A DNA stretch of 44,112 nucleotides from positions 1 through 44,112 of the forward strand of contig RFRK01000001.1 in NCBI GenBank assembly GCA_009924525.1. Direction: 5' to 3'. How positions within the stretch are numbered: position 1 is the first letter of the stretch; each line of letters begins with the position of its first letter. The stretch is from Betaproteobacteria bacterium. Its GTDB lineage: Bacteria > Pseudomonadota > Gammaproteobacteria > Burkholderiales > Burkholderiaceae_A. The position numbers were made by a program, and so were the translations under genes. Below, in pieces: positions 1 through 11,096 of this stretch. The notes beneath the pieces were generated by a model that was given only the letters and a program-made list of their open reading frames with translations, had not been told where the DNA came from and did not search any database.

Positions 1-839
1 CTTGGAAATTCTGATTTCAAATCTTCTGCGACCCGTTTAATCAAAAAGTTGCCCAGATGAATGCCTTTTAGTCCGGGCTGACAATTCGAGATTGAATAAA
101 ACGCGGCCACCTTATAGTGTTTTGCGTCAACATTGGGCGGCTTGCTGCGATCCAGTAGTGGCGCCACTGCGCTTGGTATGTCGTTCAGAAGAGCAACCTC
201 AACGAAGATCAGCGGCTCATTGGGCAGCGCTGGATGAAAATAGGCATAGAGTCTGCGATCCGGCTCAAGCCGTCGCCTCAGATCACCCCAGCCATCGATC
301 TCGTGGACTGCCTCGTGTTGAATGACTTTTTCCAGCAGGTGCGCTGGGGTCATCCAGTCAAGCCGCTTGAGTTCTAAAAACCCTGGGTTAAACCAAGAGG
401 ACAGCAAGTGCTCAAAATCGGCATCGACTGCCGCAAGCGCCGGGGCCGAGCGCAGGCTTTTGAGGATCTCCTCGCGCATTTGAACAATGACTGCGGTGCC
501 TGAGGCGACCCGATTAAGCCGCCGCAAGAGCTCCTGCCGCGGCGGTTCGACTGCCCGCACAAGTTCGATCAAGCTCTCAGGTGATCGTTTTTCCTTGTGG
601 GCATCAAGCGCCCGGGTCATGCTTTCGATGCTGGGCTCATAGCGTGTCGCCAGTAGTTCATAGAACTCACCTCGCGAGCTCGTATCAAGTTTCTGATAGC
701 GGCTTAAGGCACGGGCAGCAATTCCAACACTGACTGATTGGCCCGGTTCTTTGATGAGCTCGTCGCAATCTGCGATCAGCCGTTTTAGCTCGGTTTTTTG
801 GTTGGCAACTTCACGGGCTGCTTTTAGGCGCTCGAACAT
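1..839 (-). CDS. malonyl-CoA decarboxylase (3' end runs off the window)
   Basis: Not in the ORF track. Manual translation from ATG at 839 gives MFERLKAAREVANQ...EPPRQELLRRLN...HLLSSWFNPGFLEL...HEAVHEIDGWGDLRRRL..DRRLYAYFHPALPNEPLIFVEVAL...FYSISNCQPGLKGIHLGNFLIKRV. These are hallmark MCD motifs, and the frame is open to the window edge. Confidence 0.93.
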   Translation of the reverse strand, partial: MFERLKAAREVANQKTELKRLIADCDELIKEPGQSVSVGIAARALSRYQKLDTSSRGEFYELLATRYEPSIESMTRALDAHKEKRSPESLIELVRAVEPPRQELLRRLNRVASGTAVIVQMREEILKSLRSAPALAAVDADFEHLLSSWFNPGFLELKRLDWMTPAHLLEKVIQHEAVHEIDGWGDLRRRLEPDRRLYAYFHPALPNEPLIFVEVALLNDIPSAVAPLLDRSKPPNVDAKHYKVAAFYSISNCQPGLKGIHLGNFLIKRVAEDLKSEFP

Positions 840-848
840 AATGATCGC

Positions 849-854
849 AGTCTA
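849..854 (-). promoter_or_regulatory. possible -10 element (TAGACT) 9 nt upstream of the MCD start
   Basis: The minus strand reads gcTAGACTgcgatcattATG, a TAnnnT hexamer with no Shine-Dalgarno. No -35 identified. Confidence 0.3.
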
Positions 855-888
855 GCTAAATCCTAAAAATAGGTGCAGCTTGGTCTGC

Positions 889-1977
889 CTACAGCGGCTC
901 CACGACGCCTGGATCTGGCCGTAACAGCCACTCGCTAAATTCATCTGCCAGCCGTTGACTTTCGGCGATCGCTGCCTTCCAGATGCGAATTCGAGATTGA
1001 AGGTCGTTGCTGTAGCTGACAAAGTCAGTACGATCGGGCAGCTTCCGATTGGGCAGACGCTCTACCCAGGAGGGGTCCGGTGCCAGTACGACCGTATTAT
1101 GAAGAAACGCAGTGGGCCGATGTCGGGCTTTAAGCTGCTTGTCCAGCCAGCCAGGAATTACTGCTCGCTGAAAGTGCGGGTATAAGACCAAGCCGTTGTA
1201 GTTCAGATGCAGGTGATAGTCGGTGATACCGCCATCCCAGTAGGCGCCAGCAGGGGCACCTGTAATCGCGGGGACTGCCTGCAGCGCAAAAGGAATACTG
1301 CAGCTTGCCTGGAGTGCTTGCAGAAAATTTTCCTCGGTGAGCGTAAGTTCGCAAGTGGCAAAGTCATCGGTTGCAAAAGGTTTGCTGCTCAGTCCGGCGG
1401 CACCCGATGACGAGAAGACTGTGCGTTCGAGCCAAAGGCCCATCCAGCGCCTCTTGGCAGCATTACTTAAGTAGGCCAAAGCGTAACCAAGCGGGGTTAG
1501 AACTGGGTGCTCTTGGCGCAATAAATGCTTCCCTCGAGAACACAGCACATGAAGTCGATAACGGGGATGACGCAAAACTTCAGGAATTTTTTCCGAATAA
1601 AAAGACTGAAGATTGTCCCGAAAACTCTCGCTGACCTGTTGCGCAGTGGGGCGCTTTTGCCCGGGTTCAAGCGCGTAATCCTGATAGACATAGTCGCGCT
1701 CCAGGCGTGCAAATCCACTAATTGGCGATGAAAGGCATGCGGTGGCCATTCTCCAGGCGCCGATCGATGCCCCGATCAGATGAATGGGCTGCTTACTTTG
1801 GGGGAGCCAGTTACCGAAAAGAAAACGATCAATTGGACCCAGGATGAGGCCTTTCGGACCCCCGGCAGCGCCGGGGATCACCTGGATATGGTCCGGCAAA
1901 AGACCATTTTCTCGGATGTGCGCCAGGGCAGTTGGTCCGGCGTAGATGCGAAGCGCTGGTCGAGTCGATCGGGTCAT
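889..1977 (-). CDS. patatin-like phospholipase family protein
   Basis: Gly-rich GAAGGPKG, nucleophile motif GASIG (G-x-S-x-G), ASCSIP and YWDGG. ATG at 1977 chosen; in-frame TTG at 1998 is an alternative. Confidence 0.8.
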   Translation of the reverse strand: MTRSTRPALRIYAGPTALAHIRENGLLPDHIQVIPGAAGGPKGLILGPIDRFLFGNWLPQSKQPIHLIGASIGAWRMATACLSSPISGFARLERDYVYQDYALEPGQKRPTAQQVSESFRDNLQSFYSEKIPEVLRHPRYRLHVLCSRGKHLLRQEHPVLTPLGYALAYLSNAAKRRWMGLWLERTVFSSSGAAGLSSKPFATDDFATCELTLTEENFLQALQASCSIPFALQAVPAITGAPAGAYWDGGITDYHLHLNYNGLVLYPHFQRAVIPGWLDKQLKARHRPTAFLHNTVVLAPDPSWVERLPNRKLPDRTDFVSYSNDLQSRIRIWKAAIAESQRLADEFSEWLLRPDPGVVEPL

Positions 1978-2037
1978 TGAATCGGAGTTTTGAGACAATT
2001 CGGCGGTTGACCCATCATTTTAGGGCGGTTACTGCGT

Positions 2038-2970
2038 ATGACCCGATTTCGGCGAGAGGTGATTTTTGGGATCGCCATCCCATTTATATATCTTGTTTTC
2101 GAGCTTGGCTTTACGCATCAGCTCGTGAGCGTTTTGTCGGGCACTGCAAGCGATGAGATCTTAAAAGGCCTTGAATTCTGGGCGAGGGTGATTTCTGGGG
2201 TCGGTTTGGGCCTGGTGTGCTTTCGATTAAAGCTTTTTGGGCGATTTAGCGATCTGGTCAGACTGATCGCGTTTGTCTCGCTTGGTATTGTCGTAATGTG
2301 GAATGCCCAGAGGGAATTGACTGAATATCTTGTTCGTTCTGCAAAGCCTGAAGACAAGCAGGCCGCGGTTGCGCTGTCCTTGGTTGCGAAATACGCGGGG
2401 GAGGGTCGGCTGCGCTTATCGACTGGGGAGCCCGTGATCTGGGGTCCGCTGGATCGCGCTGAGAAAGACATTGTGATGGCATTGTTTCCGGCCGCTGCTT
2501 TGCACACGACAGGACGAGAGGCGCAGTTCACCCAATGGGTTTTTGAACATGGCAACTTTAGCGCTGGACTGACGATGACCACGGATATGGAGTACAACGC
2601 TTACAAGAATCTAATTATTCCTCCGATCGTAATCGGAATATCGTTGTTCTTTGCGTTATTAAATATTTCCTTTCTGGTGGGCACGCTTGCTAACTTGATT
2701 CGGCCGGGAATGCGCTGGCCGCTGATGGTGATGAGTTTGCTGACGCTAATTCTGGTGTCATTTGTCCCGCGCAATGCGCTGGTTGATTCACCCGGGTACC
2801 TCAACGCTATGCGGGCTGGCCTATGGAAGGAAAAACCGGTGCTCGGCGCCTTGGTCGAATGGTCCTCGCAGACGGCGCCTGCATGGAGCTTTCCTTCTTA
2901 CGTCGCTCATGAGTTTCTGATGGGCGGCTATTCGTTTAAGCAGCCCCGCCTGCCTTGGCCTTCGGGCTAA
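2038..2970 (+). CDS. hypothetical integral membrane protein (about 5 hydrophobic segments around a soluble loop)
   Basis: 310-aa ATG ORF filling the gap between the patatin gene and gltX. Three N-terminal and two C-terminal hydrophobic stretches. No family recognised with confidence. Confidence 0.75.
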   Translation: MTRFRREVIFGIAIPFIYLVFELGFTHQLVSVLSGTASDEILKGLEFWARVISGVGLGLVCFRLKLFGRFSDLVRLIAFVSLGIVVMWNAQRELTEYLVRSAKPEDKQAAVALSLVAKYAGEGRLRLSTGEPVIWGPLDRAEKDIVMALFPAAALHTTGREAQFTQWVFEHGNFSAGLTMTTDMEYNAYKNLIIPPIVIGISLFFALLNISFLVGTLANLIRPGMRWPLMVMSLLTLILVSFVPRNALVDSPGYLNAMRAGLWKEKPVLGALVEWSSQTAPAWSFPSYVAHEFLMGGYSFKQPRLPWPSG

Positions 2971-2985
2971 ATAGGCTGCGGCAGC

Positions 2986-2991
2986 TAAACT
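2986..2991 (+). promoter_or_regulatory. possible -10 element (TAAACT) 8 nt upstream of the gltX ATG
   Basis: gcTAAACTttcggcctATG, with no SD between the hexamer and the start. Confidence 0.3.
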
Positions 2992-2999
2992 TTCGGCCT

Positions 3000-4418
3000 A
3001 TGTCGACGCCTGTTTTAAAGCCTGTTCGAACACGGTTTGCGCCAAGCCCAACGGGCTATCTTCATGTTGGCGGCGCCCGCACCGCACTGTACTGCTGGGC
3101 CTTTGCGCGCCGCTACGGTGGCAAATTCATTCTTCGTATCGAAGATACGGATGTCGAGCGCTCCACGCCGGAGGCTGTGCAGGCTATCTTAGATGGTATG
3201 CAATGGCTGGGCCTGACTCCAGATGAGGGCCCGTTTTATCAGATGCGGCGCATGGACCGTTATCGAGAGGTGATTGCCGCAATGCTTCAATCAGGCACCG
3301 CCTATCACTGTTACTGCACCCCGCAGCAGTTAGATGCTATGCGCGAGGAGCAGCGGGCTCGGGGGGCTAAGCCCCGCTATGACGGCCGCTGGCGGCCGGA
3401 AAATGTGAAGGCCACTGGTTTGGAGCCACCACCGGGACTTCAGCCTGTGGTGCGGTTTCGTAATCCGGACTCTGGCTTTGTGACCTGGGACGATGGTGTG
3501 AAGGGCCGTATCTCAATTTCCAACGAAGAGCTCGACGACCTCATCATCGCCCGCACAGACGGGACACCGACCTATAACTTTTGTGTCGTAGTGGATGACA
3601 TGGACATGCAAATCAGCAATGTCATTCGCGGCGATGATCACATCAATAACACCCCGCGGCAGATCAATATTCTGAAGGCCCTTGGCGCAGAGGTGCCGGC
3701 CTATGCACATCTGCCGATGATTCATGGCCCAGATGGCGAGAAGCTATCCAAGCGTCACGGCGCTGTATCGGTTATGCAGTACCACAGCGATGGCTATCTG
3801 CCACAGGCCTTGCTGAACTATCTCGCGCGGCTGGGCTGGAGCCACGGTAATGACGAGATTTTCTCTATGCAGCAGTTGCAAGAGTGGTTTTCTTTAGAGC
3901 ATTGCAGTAAGTCGGCTGCACAGTTTGATTTTGAAAAATTAAAGTGGCTCAACAACCATTACCTTCGGCAGCTTACTGCGCAAGAGCTTGCAAATATGGT
4001 GGCGCCCCGCGTTCGAGAGGAAGGATTTTCGGTTGCTCAAGGGCCTGAGCTCGCGACTGTCTGTGAGCTTCTAAAAGATCGGGCGCAGACATTAAATGAA
4101 CTTGCCGAATCGATTGCCATGTTTTACATGGATCCGCCCGATGCGTCCGAAGCCTTAAAAGAGCAGCTCAGCCCGCCGGTACGCGCGGCACTGACTGCGT
4201 TGATGACAAGCCTGCCCGCAGATTGGAGTGCGGCCGCACTGGCGTTGGCGCTGAAAGGGGTGTTATCGGCATCGGGCTTGAAAATGCCGCAGATTGCGAT
4301 GCCGCTTCGGCTGATGCTGATGGGCCGCACTGATACACCATCGATCGACAAGGTCATGGCAGTGCTGGGCCGGGAATGCGTGACGCGACGGCTTGCTTCA
4401 CACCTTACGGCTCGTTAA
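3000..4418 (+). CDS. gltX: glutamate--tRNA ligase
   Basis: [16 protein letters not shown] (HIGH), [14 protein letters not shown] and KLSKR (KMSKS). ATG at 3000 preferred over TTG at 2955, which overlaps the upstream gene. Confidence 0.97.
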   Translation: MSTPVLKPVRTRFAPSPTGYLHVGGARTALYCWAFARRYGGKFILRIEDTDVERSTPEAVQAILDGMQWLGLTPDEGPFYQMRRMDRYREVIAAMLQSGTAYHCYCTPQQLDAMREEQRARGAKPRYDGRWRPENVKATGLEPPPGLQPVVRFRNPDSGFVTWDDGVKGRISISNEELDDLIIARTDGTPTYNFCVVVDDMDMQISNVIRGDDHINNTPRQINILKALGAEVPAYAHLPMIHGPDGEKLSKRHGAVSVMQYHSDGYLPQALLNYLARLGWSHGNDEIFSMQQLQEWFSLEHCSKSAAQFDFEKLKWLNNHYLRQLTAQELANMVAPRVREEGFSVAQGPELATVCELLKDRAQTLNELAESIAMFYMDPPDASEALKEQLSPPVRAALTALMTSLPADWSAAALALALKGVLSASGLKMPQIAMPLRLMLMGRTDTPSIDKVMAVLGRECVTRRLASHLTAR

Positions 4419-4434
4419 TCAGACCCTGATCGCT

Positions 4435-4440
4435 TAAACT
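4435..4440 (+). promoter_or_regulatory. possible -10 element (TAAACT) 6 nt upstream of the aroC ATG
   Basis: cgctTAAACTgcgggtATG. The spacing would put +1 at or near the A of ATG. Confidence 0.35.
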
Positions 4441-4446
4441 GCGGGT

Positions 4447-5538
4447 ATGTCAGGAAATACCTTCGGCCATCTGTTTGCGGTGACGTCTTTTGGGGAATCT
4501 CATGGCCCCGCGATTGGCTGTGTGGTGGATGGCTGCCCGCCCGGAATGACCCTATCCGAGTCCGATATTCAGCCAGAGCTGGACCGTCGTCGGCCGGGCA
4601 CCTCGCGGCACGTTACTCAGCGGCAGGAGTCCGATACCGTTGAGATTCTCTCGGGCGTGTTTGAAGGGGTCACCACCGGGGCGCCGATTGCGCTTCTGAT
4701 TCGAAATCAGGATCAGCGCAGTAAGGATTACAACGATATCAAAGACACCTTTCGCCCCGGTCACGCCGATTACACCTACTGGCAAAAATACGGTGTGCGT
4801 GACTACCGCGGTGGCGGCCGATCTTCGGCGCGCGAGACGGCTGTCCGGGTGGCTGCCGCCGCGATTGCGAAGAAGTGGCTACGTGAGAAGTTTGGTGTGA
4901 CGATCCGTGGCCACATGACGCAGCTCGGTGAGATCGAGGTTCGATTTGAAGATTGGGCAGAGGTGAGCTGCAATCCATTTTTTGCCGCAAATAAAAGCCA
5001 GATTTCCGAGCTAGAGGCCTATATGGATGCCTTGCGCAAAGCGGGCGACTCCTGTGGTGCGCGCATCAATGTTGAAGCGACCCATGTTCCAGTAGGCTGG
5101 GGCGAGCCGGTATTTGATCGGCTGGATGCCGAGATCGCCTACGCCATGATGGGCATCAATGCAGTCAAGGGCGTAGAAATTGGCGCAGGATTTCAGTCCG
5201 TAGCACAGCGTGGATCGACCCATGGCGATGAGCTCACTCCACAGGGTTTTACGACCAATAATGCTGGCGGTGTTCTGGGCGGAATCTCAACCGGTCAGCC
5301 GATTACGGTCTCCATTGCGATTAAGCCCACCTCGAGTATTCGCACGCCGCGGCGCTCGATCGATTTGCAGGGCCAGCCCACTGTGGTGGAGACCCATGGC
5401 CGGCATGATCCCTGTGTGGGCATTCGTGCAACGCCAATTGCTGAGGCCATGCTCGCTTTGGTGCTCATGGACCACGCCCTGCGTCATCGGGCCCAAAACG
5501 CCGACGTTCGCGTGCCCACACCACCGATCGCAGGGTGA
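4447..5538 (+). CDS. aroC: chorismate synthase
   Basis: [28 protein letters not shown] and GRHDPCV signatures. Confidence 0.98.
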   Translation: MSGNTFGHLFAVTSFGESHGPAIGCVVDGCPPGMTLSESDIQPELDRRRPGTSRHVTQRQESDTVEILSGVFEGVTTGAPIALLIRNQDQRSKDYNDIKDTFRPGHADYTYWQKYGVRDYRGGGRSSARETAVRVAAAAIAKKWLREKFGVTIRGHMTQLGEIEVRFEDWAEVSCNPFFAANKSQISELEAYMDALRKAGDSCGARINVEATHVPVGWGEPVFDRLDAEIAYAMMGINAVKGVEIGAGFQSVAQRGSTHGDELTPQGFTTNNAGGVLGGISTGQPITVSIAIKPTSSIRTPRRSIDLQGQPTVVETHGRHDPCVGIRATPIAEAMLALVLMDHALRHRAQNADVRVPTPPIAG

Positions 5539-6701
5539 GTGCCACCGCCCGACTCGGGGCATTTTTTGGCGCTTACTTTGCTTATGTCGGGCTGTTTTCG
5601 CCCTACCTTCCGCTCTGGCTAAACGCGCGCGGCTTTAGCCCCGCTGAGATTGGTGTGCTCATCTCGCCCATGCAGTGGGCCCGCGTCATCGGTCCGCCCG
5701 CCTGGGGCTGGCTTGCCGATCATGTGCGCGGGCCGCAGGGTGTAGCCCGTGTAATTCAAATTGCTGCGGTGGCCGCGCTGCTTGTTAGTCTGGGGCTGCT
5801 GACATCGCTGCCGTTTTGGCCACTGTTTGCGCTCTTTTGTGTCTTGAGTTTCTTCTTAAGCGGTCAAGTGCCGATTGCAGAGTCACTTGCGATGCAGGCC
5901 AGTCGCGGAAGTTTGAAGCGTTACGGCCGAATGCGGGTCTGGGGCTCCATTGGTTTTATCGTGGCAGTGCTCAGCGCTGGCCCATGGTTTGATCGGGTCG
6001 GCATTGATTGGCTGCCCGCATCACTGATCGGGGTGCTACTTATTCTGGCAGTGGTCTCCGCCTTACTGCCTGGCCGTGAGGTGCAGGCCGCGGCCCCTCG
6101 GCATCGACTTATTGGTCAGGTGCTGCGTGATGGCCGATTGCGATCATTTCTGCTTGCTTCATTTCTCATGCTGATTGCCCATGCGCCGCTTTACACCTTA
6201 TTTTCGCTCTGGCTGCATCAGCAGGGCTACAGCACTACTGAGATCGGTCTGCTCTGGGCGCTCGGAGTGGTTGCCGAAATCGTGATGTTTCAGTTTCAAC
6301 ATCGACTGTTTGATCGTTTTTCGGTCGGCCAGTGTTGGGTTGCGTCTTATGGCGTGACAGCGATTCGATTTCTGATGATTGCTTTCTCCGGGGGGTCGCT
6401 GGTCGTAATCATTCTGGCCCAGGTGCTGCATGCGGTGACATTTGGCATCCATCACAGCGCCTCAATGGCGCTCATCCGGCAATGGTTTCCCGCCCAGGCC
6501 CAGGCCCGCGGCCAAGCGTTGTACACCATGGCCTCCTATGGCCTTGGCGGATCAATTGGTGGCATTGCTGCTGGCTGGCTCTGGGAGGCTGTTTTTCCTG
6601 AGTTTGTGTTTGTGGTTTCGGCGGGGGCAGCCATCGCTGGAGCCATCGCTGCGGTGATGGGTCTTCGGGCCGCAGGGCAGCCGACTAAAACAGTGGCCTA
6701 G
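5535..6701 (+). CDS. MFS transporter (MFS_1_like / HcaT-like)
   Basis: About 12 hydrophobic segments with [28 protein letters not shown] and [12 protein letters not shown] overlap with the aroC stop. Confidence 0.88.
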   Translation: MSATARLGAFFGAYFAYVGLFSPYLPLWLNARGFSPAEIGVLISPMQWARVIGPPAWGWLADHVRGPQGVARVIQIAAVAALLVSLGLLTSLPFWPLFALFCVLSFFLSGQVPIAESLAMQASRGSLKRYGRMRVWGSIGFIVAVLSAGPWFDRVGIDWLPASLIGVLLILAVVSALLPGREVQAAAPRHRLIGQVLRDGRLRSFLLASFLMLIAHAPLYTLFSLWLHQQGYSTTEIGLLWALGVVAEIVMFQFQHRLFDRFSVGQCWVASYGVTAIRFLMIAFSGGSLVVIILAQVLHAVTFGIHHSASMALIRQWFPAQAQARGQALYTMASYGLGGSIGGIAAGWLWEAVFPEFVFVVSAGAAIAGAIAAVMGLRAAGQPTKTVA

Positions 6702-6758
6702 CACGGGCATAATTCAGGGCTTAAGAAAAAACTTTCCGAATTCTTAGTGAGATTTGCG

Positions 6759-8162
6759 ATGCCGGGACGCACCCTTTACGACAAATTATGGGATGAGCAC
6801 GTCGTCCACCAGGAGACTGATGGCACCTGCCTGATCTATATCGATCGCCACCTGGTCCATGAGGTCACCAGCCCCCAGGCCTTTGAGGGGCTTGAGCTCT
6901 CTGGCCGCCAGCCGTGGCGTAATGCCGCCAATCTTGCGGTGGTGGATCACAACGTGCCAACCACGGACCGCTCTCATGGCATCAGTGATCCCGTCTCGCG
7001 TCTGCAGGTAGAGACGCTGGATGCCAATACTAAAAAATTCAACATTACTTATTTCAATATCAACGATCACCGTCAGGGCATCGTGCACGTCATCGGCCCT
7101 GAGCAGGGCGCAACCCTGCCGGGCATGACGGTTGTCTGCGGCGATTCTCACACCAGCACCCATGGCGCTTTCGCATGTCTTGCCATGGGGATCGGTACTT
7201 CGGAAGTGGAGCATGTATTGGCAACCCAATGCCTGCTGATGAAAAAAGCGAAGCGGATGTTAGTGAAGATCGAGGGCATGCTCGGGCCGGGTGTCACACC
7301 GAAAGATGTCGTGCTTGCCGTGATCGGGAAAATCGGCACCGCGGGCGGCACTGGATTTGCGATCGAGTTTGGCGGTTCGGTGATGCAGTCGATGTCGATG
7401 GAAGGCCGCATGACGGTCTGCAATATGGCGATAGAGGCAGGTGCCCGCGCGGGAATGGTCGCGGTCGATCAAAAGACAATTGACTATGTTCGCGATAGAC
7501 CGATGGCACCGAAGGGTACCGATTGGGAGCGGGCGGTTGCTTACTGGAATACGCTGCATTCCGATTCGGATGCCCGTTTTGATTCGGTTGTGGAGCTGAA
7601 TGCCGCAGATATCGCCCCCCAGATTACTTGGGGCACTTCGCCCGAGATGGTCTTGCCGGTTGGTGCACAGGTTCCTGATCCTGCTCGCGAGTCTGACGCC
7701 TCTCGGCGCGAGGGCATGGAACGCGCGCTTGCTTACATGGGTCTTGCGCCTAACACGCCCTTGACCGAGATTGCAGTCGATAAGGTCTTTATCGGCTCGT
7801 GCACGAATTCGCGAATCGAAGATTTGCGTGCTGCCGCAGCGGTAATTAAGGGCCGCAAAAAAGCCGACAGTGTGAAGCTTGCTTTGGTGGTGCCCGGCTC
7901 GGGGCTCGTGAAGGCCCAGGCGGAGCAGGAGGGCCTGGATCAGGTATTTCGACAGGCTGGCTTTGAATGGCGCGAACCAGGCTGCTCAATGTGTCTTGCA
8001 ATGAATGCCGATCGGCTTGAGCCTGGTGAGCGCAGCGCTTCGACATCGAATCGTAATTTCGAGGGCCGGCAGGGCGCAGGGGGCCGTACCCATCTGGTCT
8101 CACCCGCGATGGCGGCTGCCGCAGCGCTGGCAGGCCATTTTGTCGATGTTCGAAATTTCTAA
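6759..8162 (+). CDS. leuC: 3-isopropylmalate dehydratase large subunit
   Basis: [41 protein letters not shown] and [15 protein letters not shown] at 6759 (GTG at 6747 is an alternative). Confidence 0.98.
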   Translation: MPGRTLYDKLWDEHVVHQETDGTCLIYIDRHLVHEVTSPQAFEGLELSGRQPWRNAANLAVVDHNVPTTDRSHGISDPVSRLQVETLDANTKKFNITYFNINDHRQGIVHVIGPEQGATLPGMTVVCGDSHTSTHGAFACLAMGIGTSEVEHVLATQCLLMKKAKRMLVKIEGMLGPGVTPKDVVLAVIGKIGTAGGTGFAIEFGGSVMQSMSMEGRMTVCNMAIEAGARAGMVAVDQKTIDYVRDRPMAPKGTDWERAVAYWNTLHSDSDARFDSVVELNAADIAPQITWGTSPEMVLPVGAQVPDPARESDASRREGMERALAYMGLAPNTPLTEIAVDKVFIGSCTNSRIEDLRAAAAVIKGRKKADSVKLALVVPGSGLVKAQAEQEGLDQVFRQAGFEWREPGCSMCLAMNADRLEPGERSASTSNRNFEGRQGAGGRTHLVSPAMAAAAALAGHFVDVRNF

Positions 8163-8180
8163 CTGCGGGGACTTCTCTCG

Positions 8181-8843
8181 ATGAAACCTCTTGACCAGCA
8201 TCAGGGACTTGTAGCACCGATGGATCGGGCCAATGTTGATACGGATGCGATCATCCCAAAGCAATTTTTAAAGTCGATTAAGCGTAGCGGCTTTGGCCCG
8301 AATCTTTTCGATGCCTGGCGTTATGAGGATGAAGGCCAGCCGGGCGTGGACTGCAGCCGCAGGCCGCTGAAAAAAGATTTTGTATTGAATCAGGCCCGTT
8401 ATCGGGGGGCGAGCGTATTGCTGGCTCGGCGTAATTTCGGCTGCGGATCAAGCCGCGAGCATGCGCCCTGGGCTCTGGAGGACTACGGGTTTCGCGTGCT
8501 GATTGCGCCGTCTTATGCCGATATATTTTTTAACAACTGTTTTAAAAATGGCCTGCTGCCGATTGTGCTTGCCGAAAGCGATGTGGAAATTCTTTTTCAG
8601 CGCGTCTTTAGCGAAGAAGGCTTTCAGCTCAAGATCAATCTTTCAGCACAAAAGGTTGAAAGCCTAGATGGAAGTTTTTCGCGGTCTTTCGAGATTGAGC
8701 CCTTCCGCAAACACTGCTTGATTCATGGACTTGATGACATTGGGCTTACGTTGCAGCATGCGGAGAAAATTCGAGCCTTTGAATCGCGGCGGCTTGCCGA
8801 TCAGCCATGGCTGGCCGTTGATCCGCATCGGGCGCTGGGCTGA
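8181..8843 (+). CDS. leuD: 3-isopropylmalate dehydratase small subunit
   Basis: [35 protein letters not shown]. Confidence 0.98.
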   Translation: MKPLDQHQGLVAPMDRANVDTDAIIPKQFLKSIKRSGFGPNLFDAWRYEDEGQPGVDCSRRPLKKDFVLNQARYRGASVLLARRNFGCGSSREHAPWALEDYGFRVLIAPSYADIFFNNCFKNGLLPIVLAESDVEILFQRVFSEEGFQLKINLSAQKVESLDGSFSRSFEIEPFRKHCLIHGLDDIGLTLQHAEKIRAFESRRLADQPWLAVDPHRALG

Positions 8844-8856
8844 CCAGGGGCGGAAG

Positions 8857-9939
8857 ATGTCGAAGCATTTGAATCTCGCTATCCTGCCTGGAGACGGTAT
8901 CGGACCTGAGATCACGCAACAGGCAGTGCGAGTGCTGGAGCGTCTTGCTGCCCAGGGCCACTTTTCGCTTACTCTGGAGCAGGCACCGGTGGGTGGCGCC
9001 GGTTATCGCGCCAGTGGCCATCCTCTGCCGGAGGCAACGCTGCGATTGGCAAAGTCAGCTGATGCGATTTTGTTCGGTGCCGTTGGGGATTTCACTTTAG
9101 ATTCATTAGCCCGCGAGCTTCGCCCTGAGCAAGCGATTCTTGGCCTGCGCAAAGAGCTGCAGCTATTTGCAAATCTGCGGCCCGCAATCATCTATCCGGA
9201 GCTTGCTGGGGCGTCGACCTTAAAGCCCGAAGTGGTCTCAGGCCTGGACATTATGATCATCCGAGAGCTTACCGGAGATATCTACTTTGGTCAGCCCCGT
9301 GGCATTCGCGTGCTGGAAAATGGCGAGCGCGAAGGCTTTGACACGATGGTCTATCGCGAAAGCGAAATCGTGAGAATAGGGCGTCTGGCCTTCGAAGCAG
9401 CAAGAAAGCGCGACCGTAGGGTCTGCTCGGTCGATAAGGCCAACGTGCTTGAGACCACACAGCTGTGGCGTGATGTCATGACTAACTTGGGTAAAGAATA
9501 CCCGGATGTTGCGTTATCACATATGTATGTGGATAACGCTGCCATGCAGCTTTTAAAAGACCCAAAGCAATTCGATGTGCTGGTGACTGGCAATATGTTT
9601 GGCGACATCCTCTCAGACGAGGCCTCGATGCTCACGGGTTCGATTGGCATGCTGCCTTCGGCCTCACTTGATGCCAATAACAAAGGCCTATACGAGCCGA
9701 TTCATGGATCGGCTCCAGATATTGCAGGAAAGAATCTCGCCAATCCCTTGGCCACAATTCTGTCGGCCGCCATGCTGCTGCGTTACTCCTGTGGCCTGTC
9801 GCAGGCGGCTGACCAGATTGAGTTGGCCGTCCGTAAAACGCTATCCAGCGGGATTGCCACGCCGGATATTTATCGCGAGGGCTGCAGGCGGGCGGGAACC
9901 GTTGAGATGGGAGATGCGGTGATTGCCGCTTTAGCTTAG
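8857..9939 (+). CDS. leuB: 3-isopropylmalate dehydrogenase
   Basis: [36 protein letters not shown] and [12 protein letters not shown]. Start moved to ATG 8857, after the leuD stop. Confidence 0.97.
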   Translation: MSKHLNLAILPGDGIGPEITQQAVRVLERLAAQGHFSLTLEQAPVGGAGYRASGHPLPEATLRLAKSADAILFGAVGDFTLDSLARELRPEQAILGLRKELQLFANLRPAIIYPELAGASTLKPEVVSGLDIMIIRELTGDIYFGQPRGIRVLENGEREGFDTMVYRESEIVRIGRLAFEAARKRDRRVCSVDKANVLETTQLWRDVMTNLGKEYPDVALSHMYVDNAAMQLLKDPKQFDVLVTGNMFGDILSDEASMLTGSIGMLPSASLDANNKGLYEPIHGSAPDIAGKNLANPLATILSAAMLLRYSCGLSQAADQIELAVRKTLSSGIATPDIYREGCRRAGTVEMGDAVIAALA

Positions 9940-9959
9940 TTTAAAGAAGAGAAACTGCG

Positions 9960-11096
9960 ATGAAGAAAGTTGGTTTGGTCGGATGGCGAGGGATGGTGGG
10001 ATCAGTCCTGATGCAGCGTATGCAGCAAGAAAATGATTTTACGCTGATTGATCCTGTGTTTTTCAGCACTTCAAATGCGGGAGGCGCAGCCCCTTCATTT
10101 GCCAAGACCCATCAGCCGCTGCAGTCAGCCTCTGACATTTCGGCGCTCAAGGCTATGGATATCGTGATCACCTGTCAGGGTGGTGATTACACCAAAGAGA
10201 TCTATCCCGGATTGCGGGCAAGCGGCTGGTCAGGCCATTGGATTGACGCAGCCTCGGCACTCAGGATGGAAAACGATTGCGTGATCATTCTGGATCCCGT
10301 GAACCGCCCAGTCATTGATCGGGCGCTGGCAGCGGGTGGCAGAAATTGGATTGGTGGTAACTGCACCGTGAGCCTGATGCTCATGGCCATGGGCGGGCTT
10401 TTTCGCGAGGGTCTAGTGGAGTGGGTGAGCGCCATGACCTATCAGGCTGCATCGGGCGCAGGCGCGCAGAACATGCGCGAGCTGCTTGCGCAAATGGGCA
10501 AGCTGCATCAGTCAGTTTCTCGGGAGCTTGATGATCCCTCATCGGCGATTCTTGAAATTGATAAAAAGATCAGCGAACTTTTGCGTGGCGGTGCGGCATC
10601 AGGATTGCCGGTGGAGAATTTTCGTGGTGTGCCGCTAGCTGGCAGCCTTATTCCTTGGATTGATGTTCCCGTGGAGCATGGCCAGAGCAAAGAAGAGTGG
10701 AAGGGCGGCGCTGAGGCCAACAAAATTCTGGGTAAACCCGCCTTCCGTTCACCGGGATCCATCCCGATTGATGGGCTCTGTGTTCGCGTGGGGGCGATGC
10801 GATGCCATTCGCAGGCGCTTACCGTCAAGCTCACAAAGGATGTTTCTGTGCAAGACATCGAAACTATTATTGCCAGTGCGAATGACTGGGTGCGTGTGAT
10901 CCCAAATGATCGGGAGCGCACCGAGCGTGAATTAAGTCCGGCAGCAGTGAGCGGCACCATGAATATTCCTGTGGGTCGGCTTCACAAGATGGCGATGGGC
11001 CCGCAATATCTCGCCGCCTTTACGGTGGGAGATCAGCTGCTCTGGGGTGCTGCCGAGCCGTTACGACGCATGTTGCGTATTTTGCTTGAGCGCTGA
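9960..11096 (+). CDS. asd: aspartate-semialdehyde dehydrogenase
   Basis: [16 protein letters not shown] (catalytic Cys), [14 protein letters not shown] and [11 protein letters not shown]. Confidence 0.97.
   Translation: MKKVGLVGWRGMVGSVLMQRMQQENDFTLIDPVFFSTSNAGGAAPSFAKTHQPLQSASDISALKAMDIVITCQGGDYTKEIYPGLRASGWSGHWIDAASALRMENDCVIILDPVNRPVIDRALAAGGRNWIGGNCTVSLMLMAMGGLFREGLVEWVSAMTYQAASGAGAQNMRELLAQMGKLHQSVSRELDDPSSAILEIDKKISELLRGGAASGLPVENFRGVPLAGSLIPWIDVPVEHGQSKEEWKGGAEANKILGKPAFRSPGSIPIDGLCVRVGAMRCHSQALTVKLTKDVSVQDIETIIASANDWVRVIPNDRERTERELSPAAVSGTMNIPVGRLHKMAMGPQYLAAFTVGDQLLWGAAEPLRRMLRILLER

Noticed and set aside
92-562. Short ORFs 92-325 (+) and 374-562 (-)
   Set aside because: Both overlap the malonyl-CoA decarboxylase frame, which explains the region.
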